From Felis catus (lineage: Eukaryota): a DNA stretch of 64,000 nucleotides. The stretch's first letter is position 1. Each line of letters opens with the position of its first letter. Positions 1 through 13,700 of the stretch are shown here, in pieces. The position numbers and the translations under genes are program-made. The notes beneath the pieces are model-generated. The model was given only the letters and a program-made list of their open reading frames with translations, was not told the origin of the DNA and ran no database searches. Location of the stretch: NCBI RefSeq assembly GCF_018350175.1, contig NC_058369.1, positions 23,686,001 to 23,750,000 on the forward strand, read 5' to 3'.

Positions 1-2831
1 CCCTGAAAGCTATTATATTTTTTATCATTGATTTAAAATTAGTTTAAGCTCAACGTATAGAGGTTCAAGTATAATCACAATTCTATTCAAGGGGTCTCCA
101 CAATGGCTGCTCTCTTAAATTGGTTACAGCAAACTTCTCTAAAGTTACAGAAATCTTGGGTGCCTTCTCACAGAAATTTCAGCTGCAGTAATGCTTTGTG
201 CCACAGGATTTACCTACAGGAATTAAAGCATCAGCAGGGTCCTGAGCACAAGAGAATGAACACATTCTGGCATATGATGGCGAGTCTGATACCGCAACGA
301 GAGTGATTCAGATGCTGTTGCTAGACTAGTAGAACCTGGTTTTAATGGCCAGAAGATGTTCATTTCCTGAGGCTTGGTTAGTATACTGAACAGTCCTTTT
401 TTCCATGTGTAAAAATGGAAATGTAAAGGTTAGAACACTATGGCTAAGAATGGCTTTAAACAATATGTTATGGCATCTGAGAGCAACCCTTTTATCTTTT
501 ACATCTTCACTTTTTATTGTCTGGGCTTTTATGAGCTGTGTGCTTGAACTAGACCCAAATCCTGGGTGCCACACTCAAAATCATATGGTACATCTGCTTC
601 TCTGACTGAGGAGATAGGCGGATTATACTTATCAAAATCTTCCTCCCACCATGAAGTCAACATACATTCAGCGGAAGACAAGAAAAATGTTGCATCTATG
701 CTCTCTCTGAAAGAAGGTAGTTTGTTCACATTCCATGGGGGCACAGGACAGGGCACAGCCAGAGTCACCAGGAGGACCCTTGACATCGTATTGATTATCT
801 AGAGCTTCCTATACAGGCATATATCTTCCTGAGGAATCTTCAGTGCTGGTGAGCACAGACCCATGGCATTACCAAGATGTCTCCATAACATCTTTGTGTG
901 AACCTTGAACCTGGTTGGCATTCCCTGGAAAAAAGGAAATGCTCTATCATCATTTCAAAAATCAAGCAAATACCTTTTAGCTTTTTTCCAAAGATAGCAT
1001 GAATTTTTTAAATAAAGACTACTAATCAGTTTAGATTAGTAGGAAGTCGGAAGAGCAAGAGCTACAGTGTAGAAGTCCTCCTGTTCTCTGGGGCACTAAG
1101 GGAACTTTATCTGGCAGCTGCGGGTTTCTCTTCTGAAAGGAATTTGTATTTCTAAAACTTTTGTGCCAAAGTTAACTGGACGCCATCAACTGTGTCTTCA
1201 GCCTGCACATTTCACGAGGTTATGAGAATTCACCCAAACCATCCCAGAATGGCTGGGTGAAATGTGAGAAGTAAGAAGTCAGGGAAGGCAGATGGAACCA
1301 TTGAGAACAGGGTGGTTGGCCTATAGGGCGAATCAAAAGATGTGGCTGGAAATTATACCAGAAAGGTATGCCAGGGTGACACGAGGAAAGGTTTTGAATG
1401 TCAAGCTTAAAAAAAGGTCTAAAATTAACACTCTACACAACAGGAGGCCATTGAAGTTTCTGAGCAGATCGGTTTCTGGAGTTCACAGGGGGCTAGGCTG
1501 CTCCTGCCCCCTCCAACCTTACCGAGGGCCCTCACGCTCACCTGCAGTTAGTGAGAGAAAACCGTGCCCCGGTTTCAAATACTGTTCCTGAATTGGCCAA
1601 GCACATTGCCCAGTGCACACCTGTTGGATATTTTCAGGTTCTCCTGTTATCAAGCCTATCAGATACCACGCGGCTGTTCTCTGCTTGCTGCTACACAGAG
1701 GCTGATACCATGCGGACCTTGCAGCCCTTGATGGATTTCCATTCAGGAGTCTGTAGGAGTACCTTGGATTGGGGGTGGGGGTTGGGATGCTTCTTTGTTG
1801 GTAAATGTTGACCATTTGTTTATGGCTTTGCTCCCCAGCCGTCCTTTCTGTATGTAGGAATTTGGAGAGATTTAAATAGATGTATCCACTGCTATGTTCC
1901 CAGAACCTAGAACTGGGTTCAGTTTTTTTTGGTAGAAATCAAGGACCTGGGTGAACTACACACTTGGTTTGACCTGGAACAGCATGGGGTGATGAGAAAA
2001 TTCAGGACAGCAAGCAAGATCTTTTAAAAACAAAATTGAAAAGGAGGAGGAGCTTGGGCCGATAGATGGTCACGAGAAGGGTAGCCCTGAGGAAGAACAG
2101 AGATGTCTGTGAGAGCTTTGGACTTCCTCAAAGGGTACACACCAGGAGCTACCATATGGTTTAGTCCAGTCAGGAGCTCACCAAGGGTGATGAATGGCAT
2201 GGTCGTCTCTTCTTGGGCTCATGTCTCCTCAGGACATCCCCAACTTTCCAGGTAAAAGTTCAGACTCAGCTCTGATGACTATAGGGAGGAGGCCAATGCG
2301 TGAAGACAAAGGATAAGAGAACAGACATGAACAAATGGAAGTTGAAAAGAACCAGTTTTGCTACTTGGGAAATGAACTCCACAGGATGCAAATGGCTGAG
2401 TTGGTAGGACTGACGTGGGATGGAGTTCCAGTATGAGAATGTCTGGGGGTGGCTCCTTACCCATCACAGAAGGAAGTATGTACTCCCTTCAGGGAGACAG
2501 CTGTCTATCCCAGTTTGTGAGATATATGCCGAGGACCCTCATTCCAGGGTCTGGAGTCCCAGACTCTGAAATGAAGCATGGGTGCCTCAAACCCTCCTTG
2601 CTGTCTGTGATGAAAGCCTTTCTGGACATGAAACAAGTCCCTCTCTTTCCCTTTTCCTGCAGCAAAGTCCAGAGAAATTTTCAAAACCTGATAATAGGAG
2701 AGAAACCCTTAAGCACCATGCAAGCTGTGGGAGAGACTCTCCCATTTGTAACCTTGACCTGTGAGACAGAAAGGCAGCCTCATGGAGGTAAAATAGTGCA
2801 AACCAAACCAGAACTCCAGCCTCCCAGCAGG

Positions 2832-2833
<2 letters not shown>

Positions 2834-2863
<30 letters not shown>
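2834..2863. repeat. (CA)n microsatellite
   Basis: Direct reading. Confidence 0.95.
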
Positions 2864-2865
<2 letters not shown>

Positions 2866-3250
2866 CACAGGGTGGAACCCACCCTACCCAAAGATGTAGC
2901 CTCAGTTGGGGTGGGGGAGGCACACTTGAGGCAGAGAAGCAGTGGGTCAGTGGAATTCTTCAGCCAGAGCCTTATCCGAGGCACCTTCCAGGCTGTAGCC
3001 AGAACCGGTCCTGGCAAAATCATTAAGGTAACAAAGGACCATTGGCTGTTCCTCATTCTTCCCCCTCAAGGCCTCTCCCACTCTCCCCTCAGTAACACCT
3101 CTTTCCTTTGCCAAGGAGCCCACTGACTTTATGTCTTGAGGGGATATCAGAGCACAGACTTCCAAAACAGGGACTTTGGGCATGTTTCTTAACTCTTCTG
3201 AGCCTAAGCTTCCTCATCTATAAAACAGGGAGGATACTTAGCTTTTCATT

Positions 3251-3458
3251 GCTTTTTTCTTTTTTAATGTTTGTTTATTTTTGAGAGAGCGCGTAAGCAG
3301 GGGAGGGGCAGAGAGAGGGGGAGACACAGAATTTGAAGGAAGCTCCAGGCTCTGAGCTCTTAGCTCAGAGCCTGATGTGGGGCTCAAACTCAGGAACCGC
3401 GAGACTAAGACCTGAGCCAAAGTCAGACACTCAACTGACTGAGTCACCCAGGCGCCCC
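3251..3458 (-). mobile_element. Can-SINE (SINEC_Fc-like)
   Basis: Reverse GGGGCGCCTGGGTG head, (CT)n and A-tail. TSD TTAGCTTTTCATT 3238-3250 / TTAGCTTCTCATT 3459-3471. Confidence 0.9.
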
Positions 3459-6400
3459 TTAGCTTCTCATTCTACAAACACAAACAAGATCTATCCATAC
3501 ACAGGGAGACCATGCAACCCTGTTGATGCAAGATACCCCCAGGTTGCCTGTTGCCCTGGCACCCCCACCAGTTAGTACCATCTTTCACTCTCAAAAGCAT
3601 CCCAGTTTGGATAGTAAATTCTTTGGTCACCCTCTATATAAAGCTCCTAACGCAAAGCCTGGCCAAGAATAGGCAGGCAGGCCTTCCTCAACCCAAATGT
3701 ACTTTCGGAGAACTTGAGTCACACTGAGGTATAAATGTTTGACAGTATCTAAATATTAGCTCTGCCAGAAATCTTCAATTAAAAGCCTCTTTCTTGTAGC
3801 AGAATCTCAGTTACGAGTTTGTGGGCTGGGAAGATATTAGGAGAGGAAGGGGGCTGGGGCCATTGTACCTCCCATGCATCAGACTGACCCCCAGTGGCCA
3901 TTCGGAGCTTTGTGACTATTCTCAAACCTCACCTGTCACCCCAAGCCCACCAGCAAACATACCCAGCATAGGTGGCTTGATACCATCAGAGGTAGGGGTC
4001 TGAGCCTAAAGGTTGTGTCTGTCGGGTGAGTGCTTCCCCCCCCCCAGGTGGTTCAAAGGCTTCTCCTTCATCAGGGATTGCTGACATTCCCCACACATTC
4101 AGAGCAACAAGAGGACACAATGCACCACAACCTGAGGTCCATCAGGAAGCAGGTATCCGATCCAGAGACAAGGGACCAGGAGAGGTGAGTGATGCTAGGA
4201 GAACACTGAGCCTTACAAAGCAGACAGATCTTTAAATATTAAGTTAAAAATTGACTCCACAGCTATTCAATTCAGTCATTAAACATATGAAAACCGGTTA
4301 GGTGCCAGGCACAGGGGTAGTCCCCAACCAGCAAGATGGCCAGGATCATAAGGACAAGGGTGACAGAAGGGACAGGTGGCACCCATGGGGACCAGAGAGA
4401 AACCCTTTGACCAGTGTCAGATGCTGTGGCCAATTTTAAACTAACCCACTTAGACTCCACATTTCCCATTAAAGAGATACATATTTGTTGAAATAATATA
4501 TTTTCATTATTTAAAAAAAATTGGCAAATTACATATACTAAGAGAAGTAATGTTAATTTCAAGCCTACTAGGCAAATACAGCCACTGTTAAATTTTGGTG
4601 TTTTTCTGACCAACATTTTCTTCTAAGCCACCTTTGCTCCTTCCTTTTGTGTAAATCTTGCTCCTTCTTTTTGTGCCGCCAAGGAAGGTACAATTTTAAA
4701 CATTTCTTTCTTCTAATCACAAAAGAACATACATTTATTATAAGAAAGGTGAAAAACACCCTAAATCCAAAGGACTGAAGAAAATCAACCACAACTTGCT
4801 AACTATGTACAGACAACTACCGGTGAGGCTTTGAAGTGAATTCAATCAGCTTAAAACTTCAAACCCACCATTTTGCTAATTAGGGGAACGAAGAAAATAA
4901 TGTCCTTAATGTCTTGTTGCTTGGTTTACCCCCTTAATAGATTATTTTAAAGCTACTATTGATGAAATTTCCTCTATAAACATGATTTCTAACATCTATA
5001 TAGCAAACCATCAAGGGCTATAAAATTATTATTTCATCCTCTGGGTGGACACTGAGGTTTTGTGCGTATCCTTGTTTTTGTTTGTAATTTGTAGTCTGCT
5101 CACTGATAATTCTTTGCCCAATGTCCACCGTGTGCTAGAAAGTGTTCTAAGTTCTGATGATACTAGAAACACGACTGGCAAAGGTCTCTGTAAATAGGTT
5201 TTTGTACATATATCTTGGATCATTTCCTTAGAGTACAATTCTAGAAGCAGAAACGTCGGACTGAAGCATCATACAGATTTAATGGTTGCCTCCCACAAGA
5301 GCAGTATTAAAGTGCTTTTTCCTCTCGCAAACAGTGACTTTGTAACAGTTTTTGAATTTGGGAGAAGGGCAATCATTTGCAGGAAGCTGGGAAGTGAAGT
5401 TCTAGGAGGCATGCACTACTTAAAATCCAGCAGGAATGAGGAAAAAGTTCCTTATTAATCATAAAGTAATAAAATGGAAGATGTGGCCAAGCACCCAAAC
5501 CTATGGCCAGACTGTTTTAATCCTGTCTCTACCACTCACAGGTGAGTGGTTCTAAGAAGGTATTCATCCTATCTGTGCCTCAGTTTCCTCATCTTTAAAA
5601 TGGGAATAATCATCACACACAGCAAAGGGCTACTGTGGTGATTGCATGAGTTAAACACACAGAAAGCACTTAGAACAGTGCTTCCCATTAATTACTTGTG
5701 TGATCTCTCTTTTACATAAAGTCTAATCTATAGGACTTCTTATGGCACAACTATGAGGTAAAGTAAATCTCCTTCTCCAATTCCCAAAGACTTTCACTTG
5801 TTGATCCAGAAAAAAATCATGAAAGAATATCAAAAATTAGGTGTGAAACCTAACGGAGCTGCAGATTTTATCTCCCTCCCATCACTTGCTCTGCACCCAG
5901 GTCCTCATGTAGGTCCTGAGGCAACATCAAGCCCTTTGGGTCCCATGACCACAGAATATTGTCTATCTCCTCAGTCTTTCCACAGACACCAGGAGCCACA
6001 GACCTCAGTGGGAGAAATACCCTGCCTGGGCCCTCGTTCTGAAGAAATGCTCTAAATTGAATTGTCTAAAGCTCGCAGTGCCGTTGGCTCGCAGGAAAGT
6101 GCCAGGATCTGGAGAGACCTGGCATTTTGAGTTATGCGACAAATTACCCGAAGAAGGCAGATTTCGACAGGAGCTACAGCCGACTGTGAATTTGACGTCC
6201 GGCCGTTGGTGATTAATGACATCAGGGAAAACAAGCCAGCAGGCACCCATGTTAAGAGAGAAAGCTATTTTAAACATCCCCCATTCTAATTAAATATTTC
6301 TTCTTACAACACTTGCAACCTAAAAATAGGTTTGATCTGTCCATTGGGGGCCACTTCATGTTGACAGCAGAAGTTTAATTAGATTCCTCAAACAGGAATG

Positions 6401-7089
6401 TTATTCTCCAAGGTTTTTGATACTGGCATTAACTCCAGGACTGAAGGCTCAGTTGCATGTGTATCTGGTGCCTGCTAAAGTGCAAGACAGTATTTTCTAC
6501 AAAATCCTGACGCTAGAGGAGGGGGACAGAAAGGCACATTTACACTTGGTATAATCCAGCAATGGGTGATCATGAATATACTGAACACTTTAGCATAGAA
6601 AGTGTTTCATATGCCAGGTTCCAGCTCAACACAGAAGCCCCAAGAATATACTTGGCATGAATATCTGCTGGAGTAGAATACACCATTCCCCCACGGCAGT
6701 ATTTTGACTGAATTAATGACAATTTAGTCAACCCAATGGTCGGTCACTTGTTAAACTACTGGTCACTTGGAAACCTAGACTGTTGATATATTTAAGCAAC
6801 AGAGCACTGATGAACACAGTGAATGTGTCCAGCATTTTGCTACTCAAAACACTCCAACATCCTTGGTGTCTATTCAGTCGGCCATTCATTCAACCAGTTC
6901 TTACCAAGCACCTTCTAGGAGCATACAAGTGGTGACTAAGTCAGAGAGAGTCCCTGTCCTAATGGTCTTGGAAATTGAGGAAATACCATGCGAATCTCAA
7001 TCGCTGAAAGTAGAACCGTTGAGTTTGGAACTTTGGATAACATAACTATGCTGCCTCAGCAACAGTCAACCACACACTGACCCTTGTGC

Positions 7090-7255
7090 TTTTTTTTTCC
7101 TTAAGTAGGCTCCAGGCCCAGTGCAGAGTTCAGTGTGGAGCTTGAACTCACAACCCTGAAATCAAGACTTGAGCTGAGATCAAGAGTCAGACACTAAAAA
7201 AAAAAAAAAAAAAAAAAAAGTCAGATGTTTAACCAACTGAGCCACCAGGCACCCC
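7090..7255 (-). mobile_element. Older Can-SINE subfamily copy carrying an internal A24 run
   Basis: Reverse head ggggtgcctggtggctcagttggttaa; body gatctcagctcaagtcttgatttcagggttgtgagttcaag. Confidence 0.8.
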
Positions 7256-7272
7256 TATCCTTATTCTTTTTT

Positions 7273-7493
7273 TTTTTAATTTTTTTTTCAACGTTTATTT
7301 ATTTTTTGGGGGACAGAGAGAGACAGAGCATGAACGGGGGAGGGGCAGAGAGAGAGGGAGACACAGAATCGGAAACAGGCTCCAGGCTCTGAGCCATCAG
7401 CCCAGAGCCTGACGCGGGGCTCGAACTCCCGGACCGGGAGATGGTGACCTGGCTAAAGTCGGACGCTTAACCGACTGTACCACCCAGGCGCCC
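7273..7493 (-). mobile_element. Young Can-SINE (SINEC_Fc-like)
   Basis: CpGs retained; TSD TCCTTATTCTTTTTT at 7258-7272 and 7494-7508. Confidence 0.92.
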
Positions 7494-7774
7494 TCCTTAT
7501 TCTTTTTTATTCTTTGCAATTTGACAGGCAGAACATGGTACCTCAGGGTTGTTTTGTGTCAGCGGCGGGGGGGGGGGGGCAGTTATTACTAAAAAGATTG
7601 AATTTCTTTTCCAAATGTGTGTTGGCTGGTTGAACTTTGTGAGTCATCCGCTTATGTCCTTCACTCGTCTATTAACATCCTTATATATACAACTCTTCAT
7701 ATTCTCTACCCATTTTTCAATTGTTTTTCTGTCAATGATTAGATGATTTTACACATTAAGGAAATAAAGCTTAC

Positions 7775-8520
7775 TTAACATCATTCATCATCAAGGAAAT
7801 GCAAATCAAAACCGCAATGAGCTATCACCTAACCCCTGTCAGATGGGCTATTATCAAAAAGACAAGAGATAAACACTGGTGAGGATGTGGAGAAAAGGGA
7901 ACCCTTATATACTGTTGGTGGGAATGTAAACTGGTGCAGCCACTGTGGAAAACAGTACGGAGGTTTAGAACTACAATATGACCCAGCAATCCCACTTCTG
8001 GGTATATATCCAAAGCAAACAAAATCGTTATCTTGAAGACATCTGTACTCTCATGTTCACTGAAGCATTATTCATAATAGTTAGTGCATGGAAATAAGGT
8101 AAGTGTTCACCAATGGATGAACGGATCAAGAAAATGTGGTACATATATACAATGGAATATTATTCAGCCTTAAAAAAAATTAGGAAAGCCTGTCACTTGT
8201 GACAGCATGGATGGACATGGAGGACATTATGCTAAGTGAAATAAGCCAGACAGAGATGGACAAATACATGTGAAACTTCACTTCTATGTTAATTTAAAAA
8301 AAGGTCCAAGTCAGAAACAGAGTAGAAAAGTGGGCACCAGGGGCTGGTTGGTGGGAGAAATGAGAAGCTGGTAAAAGGATACAAACTTTTGGTTATGAGG
8401 TAAATAAGACCTGAGGATCTAATGTATAACATGATGACTACAGTTGGTAAGACTCTATTATATAATTCACATATGCTATGAAAAAAGAATTTAAATGTTC
8501 TCACCAAAAAAAAAAGAAGT
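7775..8520 (+). mobile_element. Old LINE-1 3' fragment (L1MA/MB-like; end of ORF2 plus 3' UTR)
   Basis: gaaatgcaaatcaaaacc...actgttggtgggaatgtaaactggtgcagccactgtggaaaacag...attatgctaagtgaaataagccag, followed by an A-rich end. Confidence 0.85.
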
Positions 8521-9682
8521 AAATGAAAAAGTTTTAAATAAATTAACCCTTTGTCAGGAAATTAACTATAAGGTTGTAGTTTCTCATGATCCTAACAGAC
8601 GTTTTTTAGGGGGAGGGCTGTGCTGATGATTTTTTAACTCTTGTGTAATTGTCTTTATATTTATGTTTCTGCCTTCAGTAACATGTTTAGATACATTCAC
8701 ATTCCCAAATTATGTGTTTTAAATGTTCATCCATCTTTTCTCCTTGTTTAAATCTTTAACTCATCCAGGACTTTGATAGGAGGTTAAGAGGTAGAATCTA
8801 GTTATATTTTCCCCCAAATTCAACCAGTTGCCAGAGCCTTCTTTAAACTTTCCAAATGTTTCCAAATGGTGTCCAGAGGCACAGCCCAAATGGGGCCTCA
8901 TTCAGCCGTCCAAAGCATCAAATGACCGCCAATGGAATGACCACAAGGCAATAAACAGGTTCCATCAAAAATTATGGAGGAGAGAGCCAAATATTTTCCC
9001 TCTGAGAGTATTATTAAGAAAAGTATTTTGTCTCAAAGCTCTAGCAGGGGGGACAAATGCTATTAGAAAAAAATCAGAGAAGTGTTTATTCTGAGCCAGT
9101 GGTCAAGGTGAAGACTAAAAGAGATACACACATGCTACAGACTCCAGATGGGATTGAAGACTGATTCTCATGTTTAAAGATCAAGAATAACTTTCCTCAG
9201 AAACGCAGGTAAATATTAATTTATTCAGATGTTAACTCCTGGTACCAGGACAAAATGTCCATGACCTCTCCATGGGTTAGAGTTCTGACAGCCGGGCTGA
9301 ATTGCCAATTTGGAGGATTCTTGCTTGACTTGGAAGAATCTTTGAGCCTAGAAAATACAGATCGTGGGTGGTCGAATGTTGTCTTGGCTAGAGATAGGAG
9401 GATGACTTGATGTCCAGAAATTGCTGTTGACAGGTCTTCAGATGCCTATCTCTGTGGTTGTTCTTCTTTTCCTCCTTGTTCCTTTCTTCCTTGTTTTCAG
9501 AAACATGATGGTTCCACGTTTGAGATACGTCTGATCAGCTCCAGATACAGCCTCCTCAGCCTTCTTTCACCCTTCAGCTATTTAGTGAGCATGTTCTATG
9601 TCCCAAGAAATGTTATGAAGTTGGGATACTGTGAAGGACAAGGCAGACAGGCCGCTGGCCTCATGGGGCTTACATTCTAGAA

Positions 9683-10010
9683 CAGGAACTGGCAAACTAC
9701 AGTCTGCAGGCCAAGTCTGTCCCACGACATAGACCCGTAAGGCCCAACAGCCAAGAATGGTTTTTATGTTTTTAAAGGTGTTTTTTTTAATCAAAAGGAG
9801 AATATTTCCTGACACATGAAAATGATACATATTTCAAATTACACTGTCTACAAATAAAGTATCGGAATACAGCCACATCCATTTCCTTACATATTGCCTA
9901 ATTAGGCTCTTTCACACTTAAAATGGCAGAGATGAATCAGTGTGACAGACCCCATATGGCCCCAGAGCTTCAAATATTTTCTGACCCGTTACTGAAAAGG
10001 TTTGCTCTTG
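9683..10010 (+). mobile_element. MER58-like hAT-Charlie DNA transposon fossil
   Basis: caggaactggcaaactacagtctgcaggccaagtc...aaaatatt...aaaggtttgc ends. Confidence 0.7.
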
Positions 10011-10039
10011 TGGAAGGCAGACTAGACAGGAAAATAAGA

Positions 10040-10710
10040 GGATTGCAGACTAAGGAAGACTCTGTGGGAGGTCTTGACAGCAGGGGTCAGGGAAGGCACC
10101 GCTGGAGAGATGTGACTTGAACTGAGACCCTGAGGTCTCAGCTTGTGAAGAGCCACGGGGAACGGCACCTCAGGCAGTAGGAATAGCAAGTACAAAGACC
10201 CTGAGGCACGAAGAGTCAGGAAAGGATGCGTGCCGAGGCACGTGGGAACGGGCAGCGGGGAGGCTAGTGGGAAGAGGGGAGGGTGGGGTGGAATCACTCC
10301 GATCACACAGAAACAGGGCTAGAAGCAGAGGGGGCCTGACTCCCCCAGGTGCCCAGGAAAGGAATGAAAGTGGCTCAGACCAGAGTGGTGGAGTAGAAAT
10401 GCCGGTTCTGGAGAGAGTCAAAGCACATGTTGGAGGTGGAGCCCACAAACCTTAGCGATGGACCGGATGTAGGCAAAGGGCAAGGGCAAGGGCAAGGGCA
10501 AGGGCAGGGCTGGACATCCTGCTTATACTGGGCAGCAGGGGGCACCATTGCTAAGATGGGCCAGGGAGTTACAGCGAGCATAGGAGTCGGAGGGGAAACT
10601 GAGGACTTGTCTTTAAAATGCTTGAGGAAAGATGTCAAATGGAGGCTGGATCTAAGGATCTGGAGCTCCGGGAAGAGGCTGGCGATGGGGACGGGAAATC
10701 TGACAAACCC
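10040..10710 (-). mobile_element. LINE-2 fragment
   Basis: Purine-rich L2 antisense signature (aggaatagcaagtacaaagaccctgaggca; tggatctaaggatctggagctc). Confidence 0.6.
10478..10510. repeat. (GGGCAA)n hexamer repeat, G-quadruplex-capable
   Basis: Six GGG tracts with 2-3 nt loops. Confidence 0.85.
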
Positions 10711-13700
10711 ATCCTCTGAGGCTGTGTGTTTATTAAAAAGACTCACCCTGGAGATCCTACTCATGAATTGGCCACTTCCCTGCCCACAGGCCACGGGGTT
10801 TCTGTGGCTACCAGCAGCCAGATGCTCTAAGTACGCCCTCCCTTCCAACCAGAGGAATGCTCCATGTACATCCATTTCACCATCTGACAAACATTTATGA
10901 GCATCTTTTTAGTCCCATTACCTCCTCAAGTCACACATGTCAGTCACTGCCTACAGTCCCCTGGCATGAAGCGGGATTCCTGGAAGCAGGGCGAGTCTTC
11001 TTTACAAGAGGCCACCACACCTCATTGTACAGGGCTCATGAAAAATGTATCCTGCTCAACTTGAAGCAACTCTAGGCCTGTGAAAACTTACCTCCTGTTT
11101 TCAGCAGAAGAGCTCAGCTTGGAAATGCCTGGGCAGTTAGGTAGACAGGCTCTGGACTTCTGTGAGCATGTGGACTTGTTTGGGTCACTGAAAAAACTAT
11201 TAGCAAGGTCACCTCTCAAGCAACACTGGCACTGGTTCCCCATCTCCTTGGCAAGCCCCATCTTGTAAGTATGCAAGCATAAAATTACCCAATTTGTACC
11301 CTAGAGATCCCCTCTGCATTCTTTCAGGCTGTGAGGACCTCCCCAACTCAGTTTTATAGAAGTGTTTACCAGCTCCCAAGGTCCAGGGCAGATCGAAGGC
11401 ATTAAATCCCCACCCCCAACTCCACAGCATTCAGTGAAGACATTCCAAGTACCAGTAAAACCTTCAAGTGGTGGTCCTGACAAAATTCAAGGTTCTATTT
11501 ACTGCCGTGGAAAAACCAACCGGCTCAAAATGAGAGGCTGGGGTTCTTGTCTTGCTTCTTCTATCAGCTGGCCATTTGGGTACAGAGTGTCCCTTCTCAG
11601 GCACCTCACTCACGTGTAACAGAAAGGAACGTATTCCCTACTTCAGAGACACTTGATGAGCATCTGGACCTGGGGATACAGACATCAGCAGGCAGGTGTC
11701 TGCCCTCAAGGAGACTAGAGCTTAAGTCGCATCCTTGCTCAAGGTGGCATGGGCACAAAAATCACAGCCATGGACAGCAGTTTGCATGGCACGCTTGGTA
11801 CTCTCGGTGCTAAGTATTACACGACTGACCTCGTTTCACTCAGCAATCCTATGAAGGAGGCATTCCACCACCCCGTTTTAACAGATGGGAATCTGTGGGC
11901 TGGAGAGTGAACGACTTGTTGACCAAGGTCACATACACAGCAAGGAAGAGGTAAAGCCGGGACTCCGTCCCAAGCAGGCAAATTCCGGTGAGCTTGCCCT
12001 TTGACACCTGAAAGTCTCCTCGGTCAGGTACAGCTTCCCAGAGGGGGTTCACCCTGGTATTCTGGCGCCTACCCCAGAGGGTAGGATAGGATGAGCATCC
12101 CCTCTGGTGGGTGAGGAATTTGCCCATAACAATAGTTAAGCCCTGTAACTGCATCTATAACTCACCGAATCCCTACAATAATCATATCAGGCAGATACTG
12201 GTATTGCTTCTGTTACAGGAATGATTGAACTAAGTCACAGAGAGGTTGAGTAACCGATCCCAGGTCCCACAGGTAGTTTGGGGCCCGGGCCAACGGGCTC
12301 CAAGCAGTGCAGCCTAAGGCAGTCCAAAAAGATAAACTGACCGACCCACAAGATACAGAACCACGGCTCAGGACCCAGCCTGTGATCTTAACAACACAGC
12401 ACGCTGGCTTTAGTGCTCAGAGTCAACTGATCTGACGGACACACTGTACCGGATGGTAAACGCTTTCCCAATCTCCCCAGCTTTTCGTACAGCACCCTTC
12501 TCATTCCCACTAAAGTGCCTCTTGCCCCCAGACCTGTGAGCCTCCCTGTCCTTAAGCCTGGTACACACATACCTTCCCCTGTGCCCGGATCACCCCTACT
12601 TACCCTGAGACTGAACTGAACCTTCCCTGAACACTTGACTTTCCACATCTGACTTTCAGGCACACATATCAAGCCCAACTCCTTCCCCCATCTCTGCAAG
12701 TATCCCAGTAATGTAGGTGGGGATAGGCATATGCTGTCCCCTTCCAGACTGCCAGCTACAAGAGGGAAGAGATAACTCAGCACTCGGCATGTCACAGCAC
12801 TTCAGTTGTCAGTGACAAGGATTTAAGAGGGAGTTGGAACTTGTCGCTGTCCCACTATACCCTAGGCAGGGGATTCATGCAGTCTTCTTTCATCTCCTCT
12901 AGGGTGCCATGTTCTCCCTCACCACCGGACCTTTGCACATGCTTTGCCTAGGTCTCAAACATTCTCTGATGTCCTCCTTTTTTTATCCAGTCTCCTGTCC
13001 CTTATCTTAGGTCAGGTTGACTTGTTTTAAGCTCCCCTAGCCCCATGTACATTTCCTTTCAAGAAGTACTTCCCCAATTGTGATCACTGGACCCCTGGGA
13101 GGTCCCCAAGACCCTTTCAGGGAGTCTGTGAGATCAAAGCTATTTTTGTAAATCACTAATCATTAAGAAACACAGTACCACTGAAACTATTATGCTACAT
13201 GTCAATTATATCTTAATTAGAAAAGCAAATACAAAGCAAATCACAGCAGGTGCTCAATAAATATTCAGAAAATGAGCAAACCAAAGCCCTACTAAAGGGT
13301 CCGAGCGTCAAAGTGCGTGCCTGAGACAAAACCCACCATGCCAACGACAAGTCTAAAGGCCACATTTGGGAAGTGGCTGTGGAAGGCCCCTCCGGAGGGA
13401 GATAGGAGAGGACAAGGAATACAGGCGGCCCCTCCCCTGAACAGGGGGCCCAATGGTCAAAATCTTCAGGCACAACATGATGCTATAAATGTGTAACCTC
13501 CCACTTGGCTCTGCGTTTTTCCCATCTTTTGCAAATGCATCTGGAACATATTAGAAAGGGGTCAGACTGGTTTGGAAAATGTTTGGGTAACTCTGGACAT
13601 GGGAGGGGGGGCTGGAACCTGTAGGGAAGAACATGACCCCTAGACAGAGTTTACGGTTATGGCCACAGAGCTGCTAGCCTGCCAGTCCAGGACAAGCGCC

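Noticed and set aside
2415..3026. 203-aa ORF
   Set aside because: Starts at GTG, crosses a (CA)n repeat, and has no recognisable homology or exon context.
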